The notes under the pieces were generated by a model, which worked only from the letters and a program-made list of their open reading frames with translations, did no database searches and was not told the origin of the DNA. The translations under genes and the position numbers were made by a program. This document shows, piece after piece, positions 16,001 to 23,924 of a stretch of 59,826 nt of DNA (within the stretch, counting starts at the first letter, position 1; each line of letters opens with the position of its first letter). The DNA is from Bacilli bacterium (GTDB taxonomy: Bacteria; Bacillota_I; Bacilli_A; ML615J-28; CAG-698), in assembly GCA_045577945.1 (NCBI GenBank), contig JAZNJG010000197.1, forward strand, positions 1 through 59,826, read 5' to 3'.

Positions 16001-17362
16001 ATGATTCGAACAGAAGAAACAATTTTAAGAAATTTATTATGCGATAATACATATCCTGATCGGGTTATTCCTTATCTAAATATTGATTATTTTTCAGATA
16101 TAGCAGAGAAAATTATATTAAAGGTAATATTAAGCTATTATCAAAAATACAATACTACACCAATACTTTCAGAAATATCAACCATTATTAATTCAAAAAA
16201 AATTGATGAAAAAACGTATAAACAGATATCTGATAAACTTGAAACTATCAAAAATATAACTGCAAGTGATAATATAGACTGGCTTGTTGATGAAACTGAA
16301 AGTTTCTGTCAGGATCGTGCTTTATATAATTCTGTGACAGAAGCCATTAATATATATAGTGGCGATTCAAAAAAAGATAAAGGTTCAATTCCAGAAATTA
16401 TTCAAGAAGCATTAAGTATAAATTTTAACAAAACATTAGGTCATCATTTTATTAGTGACCGTGAAAAAAGATGGGATGAATATCACGTTAGTGATCGTAG
16501 ATATGAGTTTGATATTGATATATTGAATAAGATTACGAAAGGTGGTGTATATCCTAAAACAATTACTGTTTTTGTCGCTCAACCCGGAACCGGTAAAACA
16601 TTAATTTTATGTCATCTTGCTGCTAATTATCTTAAACAAGGATTAAATGTTCTATACATTTCAATGGAAATGTCAGAAAAAAGAATTTCTGAACGTATTG
16701 ATGAAAATATTTTAAACCTAACACAAGATGAGCTCGAAACTATAGCTAAAGAAAAATATCTAGATAAATTTAATAATATAATAAATGAAAGTACTGGTGA
16801 AATTGTTGTTAAAGAATACCCAACAGGATCTGCACATAAAGGTCATTTCATTAATTTTATAAAAGAATTAAAATTAAAACAGAAGTTTATACCAGATGTA
16901 ATAATGGTTGATTATATCAATATATGTGCATCAATGAGTAATAATAGCGCAGATAAATATGATAGAATTAAAACGATTATTGAAGAGTTAAGAAGTATTG
17001 CTGTTGAATTAAATGTTCCATTATTTACTGCAACACAGGTTAACAGAACCAACTTCAATAATATTGATTTAGACATGAGTAGTGCATCTGAATCTGGTGG
17101 TATTGCATTTACTGCAGATTTAATGATTGGTGTTGCTGCGAATGATGATTTAAAGAAAATGCATCAACTTTTATTTTCACAGCTAAAAAATCGTTATAAT
17201 GATACTAATTATTATAATAAATTTACAGTTGGTGTCGATTATTCACATATGAAATTATATGATGTTAATACAGCAGATAGTAATGAAGATGTAAATTTTA
17301 CATCAAACAAGAGTGCTAGTGATAGTAATGAAGATTTATTTGGAGGGTTTAATGTTGAGTGA
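16001..17362 (+). CDS. gp41: DnaB-family replicative helicase (gp41-like)
   Basis: Walker A AQPGTGKTLIL, ISMEMS, Walker B MVDYI, TATQVNR, and the DnaB-type N-terminal domain. Confidence 0.85.
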   Translation: MIRTEETILRNLLCDNTYPDRVIPYLNIDYFSDIAEKIILKVILSYYQKYNTTPILSEISTIINSKKIDEKTYKQISDKLETIKNITASDNIDWLVDETESFCQDRALYNSVTEAINIYSGDSKKDKGSIPEIIQEALSINFNKTLGHHFISDREKRWDEYHVSDRRYEFDIDILNKITKGGVYPKTITVFVAQPGTGKTLILCHLAANYLKQGLNVLYISMEMSEKRISERIDENILNLTQDELETIAKEKYLDKFNNIINESTGEIVVKEYPTGSAHKGHFINFIKELKLKQKFIPDVIMVDYINICASMSNNSADKYDRIKTIIEELRSIAVELNVPLFTATQVNRTNFNNIDLDMSSASESGGIAFTADLMIGVAANDDLKKMHQLLFSQLKNRYNDTNYYNKFTVGVDYSHMKLYDVNTADSNEDVNFTSNKSASDSNEDLFGGFNVE

Positions 17363-18224
17363 TTTAAATTATGATAACATACAAGAAACTAAATTAAAAC
17401 TTCAAACTTTTATTAAGAATAGTTCTGCAAAAGATAGAAAAGATTTTATAAAACATTTTATATATGATGAAGATTTTAAGAAATTTTATAAATTCATTAT
17501 TAAAACGCGTCTATCAAATTTATTTTATTGTCGAAGTTCAAACAATTTAATATCATTTAATACAAGAGGGTATTATTTAAATTATTTGTATATAATGCTC
17601 ATGTCTGATCCATATCAAGTTAATTTTGATTTATTTTATGATTATTATGATTTGAATAAAGAAGAAAGAAGATATATTACTAATTTATTTTATATAGATA
17701 CTGACTATAAGGAGAAAGAATCTGCACAACAGATTATTAAGAATATATTTTCAGACTATTATACAATTGAAGATATTAAAAACTATTTTCAATTAAAATT
17801 TAAAGATGCAAACTTAAATCGATTATATAGTATATTGAGTAAGTCTTTTGATTTTATACATCAATATAAAAATCAATTTAAAGTTAATGATAAAACGTTT
17901 GATAAAAAAATAGATTCACTAGTAAAATGTAAATTTCGTGAAAAAGATATTATACGTCTATTTGGTCAACCGACAGAGACATCATTAGAACCTATCACTG
18001 GTTTGGATGTAAATCGTTGTGAAGTGTCAACAATAACATCACCAACACGAACAACAGCTTTACCATTAGCAAAAACAGTTGTAGATCCTGTTATAGATAT
18101 AGAATCGTGTGTTTCCCCTGTTACAGGGTGTGTGTGTTTATCCCATTTATCACCAACACGAACAACAGCTTTACCGTTAACAAAAACATCATTAGAACCA
18201 GCTATTGATTTTCTTGGTGGATAG
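17352..18224 (+). CDS. hypothetical protein; the 3' ~260 nt run antisense through the PAAR gene
   Basis: GGAGGG RBS before ATG 17352. The first ~205 aa look like normal AT-rich coding sequence. The tail (SPTRTTALPLAKT repeated) mirrors the PAAR repeats on the other strand. Confidence 0.4.
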   Translation: MLSDLNYDNIQETKLKLQTFIKNSSAKDRKDFIKHFIYDEDFKKFYKFIIKTRLSNLFYCRSSNNLISFNTRGYYLNYLYIMLMSDPYQVNFDLFYDYYDLNKEERRYITNLFYIDTDYKEKESAQQIIKNIFSDYYTIEDIKNYFQLKFKDANLNRLYSILSKSFDFIHQYKNQFKVNDKTFDKKIDSLVKCKFREKDIIRLFGQPTETSLEPITGLDVNRCEVSTITSPTRTTALPLAKTVVDPVIDIESCVSPVTGCVCLSHLSPTRTTALPLTKTSLEPAIDFLGG

Positions 18225-18274
18225 GGAGGATGACTTGAACATATATCACCAACACGAACAACAGCTTTACCCAT
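17966..18274 (-). CDS. PAAR-repeat spike-tip protein (gp5.4-like)
   Basis: Three NGKAVVRVGD units, GS(N/T)xVxxNG spacing and His/Cys positions typical of PAAR cones. AGAGG RBS. Confidence 0.8.
   Translation of the reverse strand: MGKAVVRVGDICSSHPPYPPRKSIAGSNDVFVNGKAVVRVGDKWDKHTHPVTGETHDSISITGSTTVFANGKAVVRVGDVIVDTSQRFTSKPVIGSNDVSVG
18038..18271. repeat. three perfect 27-nt direct repeats inside the PAAR gene
   Basis: atcaccaacacgaacaacagctttacc occurs at 18038-18064, 18149-18175 and 18245-18271. Confidence 0.9.
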
Positions 18275-18315
18275 ATTTTTAAACCTCTTTTTTAATTATT
18301 TATTTGGAGAAAATT

Positions 18316-18567
18316 ATGAATAGTGAAGATATTAAACAAATTGAAGAGAATATTAAATTATCTGCAGAAAAAAATAATTGGGATATAACTAATAATATTC
18401 ATAATATTGCAAAAGCAAAATGTAGAATGTTTGGTTTAGAAAATTGGAGAAAATGTCCATGTTATCCTAAAGAAGATAATATTCATGGATGTGAAACTGA
18501 AGCTTGTACAGCTACAATCGAACAAGATGGTGTTTGTCACTGTAATTTATTTAAAAAGAAAGATTAA
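18316..18567 (+). CDS. ferredoxin-thioredoxin-reductase catalytic-chain-like Cys-rich protein
   Basis: WRKCPCYP...C..EAC...GVCHCNLF reproduces the CPC...CHC-x-LF signature of FTR beta chains. ATG 18316 has a GGAGA RBS. Confidence 0.5.
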   Translation: MNSEDIKQIEENIKLSAEKNNWDITNNIHNIAKAKCRMFGLENWRKCPCYPKEDNIHGCETEACTATIEQDGVCHCNLFKKKD

Positions 18568-18569
18568 TT

Positions 18570-19136
18570 ATGTCTAATCACTTAATGATTGATATTGAAA
18601 CTCTAGGTATATGCGCAACATCAGTTGTGTTATCAGTTGGTGTGGTTGTATTTGATGATGAGTATAATATTATTGATAAAAAGATGTATGTCCTTGACAA
18701 AAGAGAGCAGCTCGAAAAAGGCCGAACATATAATAAAGATACGATTGAATTTTGGAATAATCAACCTGTTGAAGCTAAAAAACAATTTCATACAGATCAC
18801 CTATACTCAATTGAAGAATTTAAAAATGATTTTAATAAATTTGTTAGAAGTTATGATATTGATTTAGTATGGTCAACTGCACCAAATTTAGATATTGCTT
18901 GTATTCAAACATTATTAGAATTAGATAAAAATGGTGATAGTGTAATTCCTTGGAAATTTAACAAAATACGAGATGTTAGAACAGTTCGTGATTATTTAAA
19001 GCAATACCCAAAACGTGAAGGTGTATATCACGATGCAATTGATGACTGCTTATATCAAATTGAATGTTTAAAATTATCAATACGTGATATGTTTATATAT
19101 GGTTATCATCAAATTAATAAACAATTGAAAGATTAG
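18570..19136 (+). CDS. DEDDh 3'-5' exonuclease (DnaQ-fold)
   Basis: ExoI MIDIETLG and C-terminal YHDAIDDCLYQ (H-x4-D). Confidence 0.7.
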   Translation: MSNHLMIDIETLGICATSVVLSVGVVVFDDEYNIIDKKMYVLDKREQLEKGRTYNKDTIEFWNNQPVEAKKQFHTDHLYSIEEFKNDFNKFVRSYDIDLVWSTAPNLDIACIQTLLELDKNGDSVIPWKFNKIRDVRTVRDYLKQYPKREGVYHDAIDDCLYQIECLKLSIRDMFIYGYHQINKQLKD

Positions 19137-19139
19137 ATA

Positions 19140-19727
19140 ATGAAAGAAATTATGGTTGATTTGGATAATACATTAGTTGATTTTACACAGATGCTTTTTA
19201 ATCATATTGAAAGAAATTATGGTTATAAATTTGATAAAGATGAAGTTATAGATTATAATTTTAGTAATTTATTTTATAGAAAAGGATGCACTAAAGAAGA
19301 AATATATAAATTTTTTAATAGTGTGTACTCTGATGAAACACTATATACTAATCAACTAATTCTAACAGAATATTTTAACAAAATTATTAGTATTATTCAG
19401 CATTATCGTAATAAAGGTTATAATATTATCTGCCATACTAAAGTATCGAGTAAGCAGATGAAAAAATCTAAAGAGAATCTATTTAATACAAAACTAAAGA
19501 GTATTTTTGACAATATTATAATTGAGTATATAGAAGGTAGTAGTATTATAACATCAACAAAAGATTATCATTATGATGTTATAATTGACGATAGTCCTTT
19601 TGTTGTTAAAGATTATCTAGAAAATAATCAAGATGGTTTAGTATTATTACCAGTTACTAAATATAATAAATTTCTACTAGAATTATATAGCGATCGAAAT
19701 ATTCAGCCTATTAATATTGATAAATAG
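19140..19727 (+). CDS. HAD-family 5'(3')-deoxyribonucleotidase-like
   Basis: DxDxT motif VDLDNTLVDF and distal IIDDSP. Confidence 0.6.
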   Translation: MKEIMVDLDNTLVDFTQMLFNHIERNYGYKFDKDEVIDYNFSNLFYRKGCTKEEIYKFFNSVYSDETLYTNQLILTEYFNKIISIIQHYRNKGYNIICHTKVSSKQMKKSKENLFNTKLKSIFDNIIIEYIEGSSIITSTKDYHYDVIIDDSPFVVKDYLENNQDGLVLLPVTKYNKFLLELYSDRNIQPINIDK

Positions 19728-19753
19728 TTTTAAATAGATGAAAGGTTTTTTAT

Positions 19754-20644
19754 ATGAAAATTGTTGAAACAAATATAGAAATATTAACACCATTAAACGG
19801 TGATAATATACTAAAACAAATAGAGATTGCTGCACGTAATTGTTACAAATCTGAAGATAAAATTACAGAAAATAGCGATTCAGCAAAAAAGATCATTAAA
19901 ATGCTATTAGATAATCATCATGAAGCTATGATTGAATTTGGTCCAGATATTACAGTTAAGTTATATTGTGATGTTGGTGTATATAAGGACTTAACCCGCC
20001 ATAGGCACTGTAGTTTTGCTATTGAATCAACGAGATATTGTAATTACTCAAAAGATAAATTTGGGGAAGAGATTGCTTTTATTAGACCTACTAATATATG
20101 TAAGGATACTGAAGAATACAATATCTGGTATAATTGTATGTGTAATATTGAAGATTCCTATAATAAAATGGCTAAGCTGGGTTGTAAACCCGATCAGTTA
20201 AGAATGTTATTACCGCACTCAACTGCAGCAAGTGTAGTTATGAAAGCTAATATACGTGAATGGAGGCATATTCTTAAATTAAGAACTTCACAAGCAGCAC
20301 ATCCATCAGTTCAACAAGTGATGAAAAAAATTCTTTATAAATTTAAAGAATCTATTCCTCTTCTATTTGATGATATTATAACAAGTGAGGAATCAAAGTA
20401 TCTTAATTTGAAAGAAGAATTACAAAATGGTATTTTAGAAGTTCGTTTTTACAAAAAAGATGGGTCTATTAGAGTAATGAAATGTACATTAAAAAGTGAT
20501 ATACTACTAAATATACAAGATAGTTCTTATAGTATATCTAAGAAAACCTATAACCCAGAAACAATATCAGTATTTGATATTGAGAAAAATGACTGGAGAT
20601 CATTTAGAATAGATTCAATAATTGATTATGAAATAATGTATTAA
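19754..20644 (+). CDS. thyX: FAD-dependent thymidylate synthase ThyX with a ~85-aa C-terminal extension
   Basis: ThyX signature TRHRHCSFAIESTRY (RHRxxSxxxxSxR) and REWRHILKLR. The core ends near aa 210. The extension reads ILEVRFYKKDGSIRVMKCTL...NDWRSFRIDSI. Confidence 0.9.
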   Translation: MKIVETNIEILTPLNGDNILKQIEIAARNCYKSEDKITENSDSAKKIIKMLLDNHHEAMIEFGPDITVKLYCDVGVYKDLTRHRHCSFAIESTRYCNYSKDKFGEEIAFIRPTNICKDTEEYNIWYNCMCNIEDSYNKMAKLGCKPDQLRMLLPHSTAASVVMKANIREWRHILKLRTSQAAHPSVQQVMKKILYKFKESIPLLFDDIITSEESKYLNLKEELQNGILEVRFYKKDGSIRVMKCTLKSDILLNIQDSSYSISKKTYNPETISVFDIEKNDWRSFRIDSIIDYEIMY

Positions 20645-20656
20645 GGATGTATAAAA

Positions 20657-21283
20657 ATGTTAAGCTTACAAGATGTTTTGGATAAAAATATAAACATACC
20701 AACACCCCGTGGTAAATTTACTGATGAAGATAAAAAACAAATATTCGCTACTAATCGCGGCTGGGTAAAAATACGTGAAGATGGTCGTAGTGAGTTATTA
20801 TTTGTTATTCGTAACCTTGATTTAAAAATTAAAGATCTTATTAAATCAAATAGAATACCGTTAAATGATGAACAAAAAATAATAACAACTAACAATATAA
20901 GCGAAGTTCAAAATACAGATAACGTGTTTTTTGATTATATTGAACTTGAAAATAGTATTGAATCAAAAACACTTAAAAAGGGTAATTTAATTCGTATAAA
21001 TTTAGTTTGGTCAGATCAAGTTAATATAAAAGCTAACGATGGCTTAAAGACGTATATCAAAGTTTATACTGATAAGGATAGATTATTAGGAAATGCATAT
21101 TATAGAGAGCGAGTGAATGAAAAAACGCTGATGTTTGTATACAAGATTGGTAAAGAGAAGATTAATGGCATTAAAATAAACCCAATTATACTTGATGGTC
21201 GTATTAAAGATCAAAACGGTAATATAATTAATAATCCAGACAAACTATATGTATTTGAAAATGTTGTTGCAAATATTTTATAA
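20657..21283 (+). CDS. hypothetical protein with N-terminal AT-x-RGWV...ELL..IR-x-LD motif
   Basis: The N-terminus FTDEDKKQIFATNRGWVKIREDGRSELLFVIRNLD is paralogous to 27995..28294. Confidence 0.45.
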   Translation: MLSLQDVLDKNINIPTPRGKFTDEDKKQIFATNRGWVKIREDGRSELLFVIRNLDLKIKDLIKSNRIPLNDEQKIITTNNISEVQNTDNVFFDYIELENSIESKTLKKGNLIRINLVWSDQVNIKANDGLKTYIKVYTDKDRLLGNAYYRERVNEKTLMFVYKIGKEKINGIKINPIILDGRIKDQNGNIINNPDKLYVFENVVANIL

Positions 21284-21314
21284 TATTTTAATATAATAAA
21301 GAGTGTGTTTAGTA

Positions 21315-21539
21315 ATGAATAATCAGAAAGGTCGTAAATTAACACAAAAAGAGCGCACTGATATGTTTCTTAGTCGTTGCTTTATATTATGCCCTCGCTG
21401 TTTAACAATACACCCTTTACATACTAAGACATGTACAACTTGTATGGAAGTATTAGATGTGAGAGAAAGAGTTTTTCAAAAAAACCTAAATAAAAGTATA
21501 CCAAATAAATATAATCTTATTAGAGTGGAGCTAGATTAA
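21315..21539 (+). CDS. small CxxC...CxxC zinc-finger protein
   Basis: CPRC...CTTC. The ATG lies inside the ORF-track entry 21303..21539. Confidence 0.4.
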   Translation: MNNQKGRKLTQKERTDMFLSRCFILCPRCLTIHPLHTKTCTTCMEVLDVRERVFQKNLNKSIPNKYNLIRVELD

Positions 21540-21853
21540 TGAAGCAGTTAAAAAGTATAAATGATATTAAAAATCAAAATTATATATTAAAGCTCGGTGC
21601 TAATTGGTGTAGTCCCTGTAAACTAGAAGATAGTATTCTTGAAAAAGAATCTATATGCACTTTATCTAAACAAAAATCTATTGATATATACAAAGTTGAT
21701 GTAGATGATGATCAATTTGAAAATTTATTAGATGAATATGAAGTATCATCTATACCCGTTTTACTATATTTTAAGAATAATGAATTTAAACACAAAACTG
21801 TCAATCTGCAAACTGAACAACAAGTATTAGATAATATTAATAGAATATATTAA
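21539..21853 (+). CDS. thioredoxin-like protein
   Basis: Active-site NWCSPC (WCxPC) and SIPVLLYF (cis-Pro loop). Confidence 0.65.
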   Translation: MKQLKSINDIKNQNYILKLGANWCSPCKLEDSILEKESICTLSKQKSIDIYKVDVDDDQFENLLDEYEVSSIPVLLYFKNNEFKHKTVNLQTEQQVLDNINRIY

Positions 21854-21871
21854 ATATACTGAGGTGATATT

Positions 21872-22720
21872 ATGAAGTTTTTGAAAAGTGATAATTATAA
21901 TGATGATTTAGTTAATACAAACAAAGATAGCTTATTTATTTTTGGTGATAATTTATTACGTTGTGGTAAAGCAGGTCAAGCTATAATCAGAGATAATAAA
22001 AATACATTTGGTATTGCTACAAAAAAAGCACCAGATATGAATGAAAATTCATTCTATAATGATAATTTAGAATGTTTTGAATATGTACTACAAGATATAT
22101 TAAAACTTATTTCTACAATAAGAAAAACTAATTATAATAATATATATTTACCATCAAATGGTATAGGAACAGGTTTAGCGCAATTAAATAAAAGAGCACC
22201 TTATATATTAAATTTTATTAACCAATCACTATATACTATTGAGCAAATAACAAAAGATACAGATACTTGTATACATAATATTGAGATATATACTGATGGT
22301 AGCTGTCAGGTTCATGATTCTGAGAAACCTGGTGCAGCTGCTGCAATTATTATACTAAATGATTCTATTATATATGAAAATTCAAAAAAATTCAAAAATA
22401 CAACTAATAATCAAATGGAATTATTATCTGCAATAATTGCTTTAAAGGAATTAGAGCGCTTAGATTTACTACAGCACTCTAAAATTACACTATACAGCGA
22501 TTCACAATACCTTATAAACGGTATGATGAAATATATAGATAACTGGAAAAGTAATAATTTTAATGGAATAAAAAATCCCGAGTATTGGAAAATATTAAAC
22601 ACTTTTCAAAAATATAATATTGATTATCAATGGATTAAAGGTCATAATAATAATTATTATAATGAAAGAGTAAATAAATTAGCACAAAACGCTATGAGGA
22701 GTTTACAATATGAATATTAA
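21872..22720 (+). CDS. rnhA: RNase HI fused to an uncharacterised ~135-aa N-terminal domain
   Basis: C-terminal half: IYTDGSC, NNQMEL, LYSDSQY, WIKGHNNNYYNERVNKLA. It is collinear with E. coli RNase HI, with Asn where D134 would be. Confidence 0.8.
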   Translation: MKFLKSDNYNDDLVNTNKDSLFIFGDNLLRCGKAGQAIIRDNKNTFGIATKKAPDMNENSFYNDNLECFEYVLQDILKLISTIRKTNYNNIYLPSNGIGTGLAQLNKRAPYILNFINQSLYTIEQITKDTDTCIHNIEIYTDGSCQVHDSEKPGAAAAIIILNDSIIYENSKKFKNTTNNQMELLSAIIALKELERLDLLQHSKITLYSDSQYLINGMMKYIDNWKSNNFNGIKNPEYWKILNTFQKYNIDYQWIKGHNNNYYNERVNKLAQNAMRSLQYEY

Positions 22721-22889
22721 CTATGAACTTTTGAAAGAAGATTATACATCAAAATCAATTACTGTTGAAGGTGAATTTATTAGAATTATTGGTTTAGATG
22801 GAACAGTAACAAAAATTAATATTAAATATGTACCTGAGAAATATATACTACCAGAAGATATAAATCAAATAGAAGGTGAGAATAAATGA
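22710..22889 (+). CDS. hypothetical small protein (59 aa, absent from the ORF track)
   Basis: The ATG overlaps the end of the RNase HI gene and the stop forms an ATGA overlap with the next ORF. It fills an otherwise empty 400-nt gap. Confidence 0.4.
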   Translation: MNINYELLKEDYTSKSITVEGEFIRIIGLDGTVTKINIKYVPEKYILPEDINQIEGENK

Positions 22890-23056
22890 TTTTATATTTT
22901 GAAATTGGTTACAAGTCATGGGTTTGTATCCATAATTGTAATGATTGGCAAGACGCGGTTAATCGACTATCATACTGGTGGGATGTGAAATCATTACGAT
23001 GTCTAAATAGTATAGATTTTGAACAATTAAAAGAAAACGTTGTTTTAACATTTTAA
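22886..23056 (+). CDS. hypothetical small protein (56 aa, absent from the ORF track)
   Basis: ATGA coupling to the upstream small ORF. Trp/Cys-containing sequence MILYFEIGYKSWVCIHNCNDWQ... Confidence 0.4.
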   Translation: MILYFEIGYKSWVCIHNCNDWQDAVNRLSYWWDVKSLRCLNSIDFEQLKENVVLTF

Positions 23057-23123
23057 TTCTTTTTTAATTATTTTATTTTAATATTATAATTGTTAATAAA
23101 ATATTTTGATAGGAGTTAAAATA

Positions 23124-23357
23124 ATGTTAGAAATGAAATATATTATAGTAGATAATCTTTTTCCAGTAATATTTCCAATATACATTAGTCATAAAGATAT
23201 TGCACAGAATCAAAACATTACATCTGCAGGTTTTATTGATTATGATGGTAAAGTATATGGATTTAGTGATACGTTAAATCTACATTCAAATGAAAAAGAT
23301 CAAAAAATAATTGATAGAGTGTTAATAAGATGTTCATATCCAAAAATACAGAAGTAA
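23124..23357 (+). CDS. hypothetical protein
   Basis: AGGAG RBS before ATG 23124. Confidence 0.45.
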   Translation: MLEMKYIIVDNLFPVIFPIYISHKDIAQNQNITSAGFIDYDGKVYGFSDTLNLHSNEKDQKIIDRVLIRCSYPKIQK

Positions 23358-23638
23358 ACAAATTAAAAGATGAAATATACAAAAGATTAAAAGAACAATT
23401 TCCAACTATCCGGTTTGGTATTAAATACTATCCAAAAACCGATAAACAAGATTGGGATTGGGTTATTATTAATATCCTTACAAAAGGAGTTAAAGAAAAT
23501 ATACTAAGAGAGATTGACAATTTATGCTTCGAAATGCAGCGTATGAGATTAAATAAACCCATAAACAAAAAAGGTTTAGCTGATTATATTGAATCGGAGT
23601 ATGATAACACACCTATAAATCAATTTACTTTTTCTTAA
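23330..23638 (+). CDS. hypothetical protein
   Basis: 102-aa ORF that overlaps the upstream gene end. Confidence 0.4.
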   Translation: MFISKNTEVNKLKDEIYKRLKEQFPTIRFGIKYYPKTDKQDWDWVIINILTKGVKENILREIDNLCFEMQRMRLNKPINKKGLADYIESEYDNTPINQFTFS

Positions 23639-23657
23639 ATAACGAAAGGAATATATA

Positions 23658-23924
23658 GTGATAGTTGAATCAAAACGATTAGTACCTTGTTGTACCTCTG
23701 AAGAAGTATGTAGTGATAGAAAGGATTTTATTGTTTATTGTAATAAACCAGCTAATTTTATTAAGATGGTTAAATGTGAAGATGATGATAAAAACGATAT
23801 TCAGTTTGAAGTTCTAGAGTTAGAAATAAAGATAATAGTAAATGAACTTAAACCAGTAACTATATACTATGAAGTAAGCGAGAATTATATACTAAACCAA
23901 TTGAAGGAAATATGTAAATGTTAG
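23658..23924 (+). CDS. hypothetical protein
   Basis: GTG start with AAAGGA RBS. Overlaps the start of the AAA gene. Confidence 0.4.
   Translation: MIVESKRLVPCCTSEEVCSDRKDFIVYCNKPANFIKMVKCEDDDKNDIQFEVLELEIKIIVNELKPVTIYYEVSENYILNQLKEICKC

Noticed and set aside
17313-17351. Upstream extension of the 17352 ORF (ORF-track start 17313), and similar long-start versions at 10038, 11768, 14530, 15992, 18304, 23106, 28390, 35290, 46898, 52613 and 52785
   Set aside because: The extensions overlap the preceding gene, promoter or terminator and lack an RBS, whereas an internal ATG or GTG with a clear Shine-Dalgarno follows in each case.
18625-18867. Same-strand out-of-frame ORFs nested in larger genes (18625..18867, 20016..20201, 29523..29729, 34340..34543, 47817..48017)
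   Set aside because: Each lies fully inside a gene whose main frame carries strong family motifs (exonuclease, ThyX, primase, gp32, TerL). There is no independent start signal.
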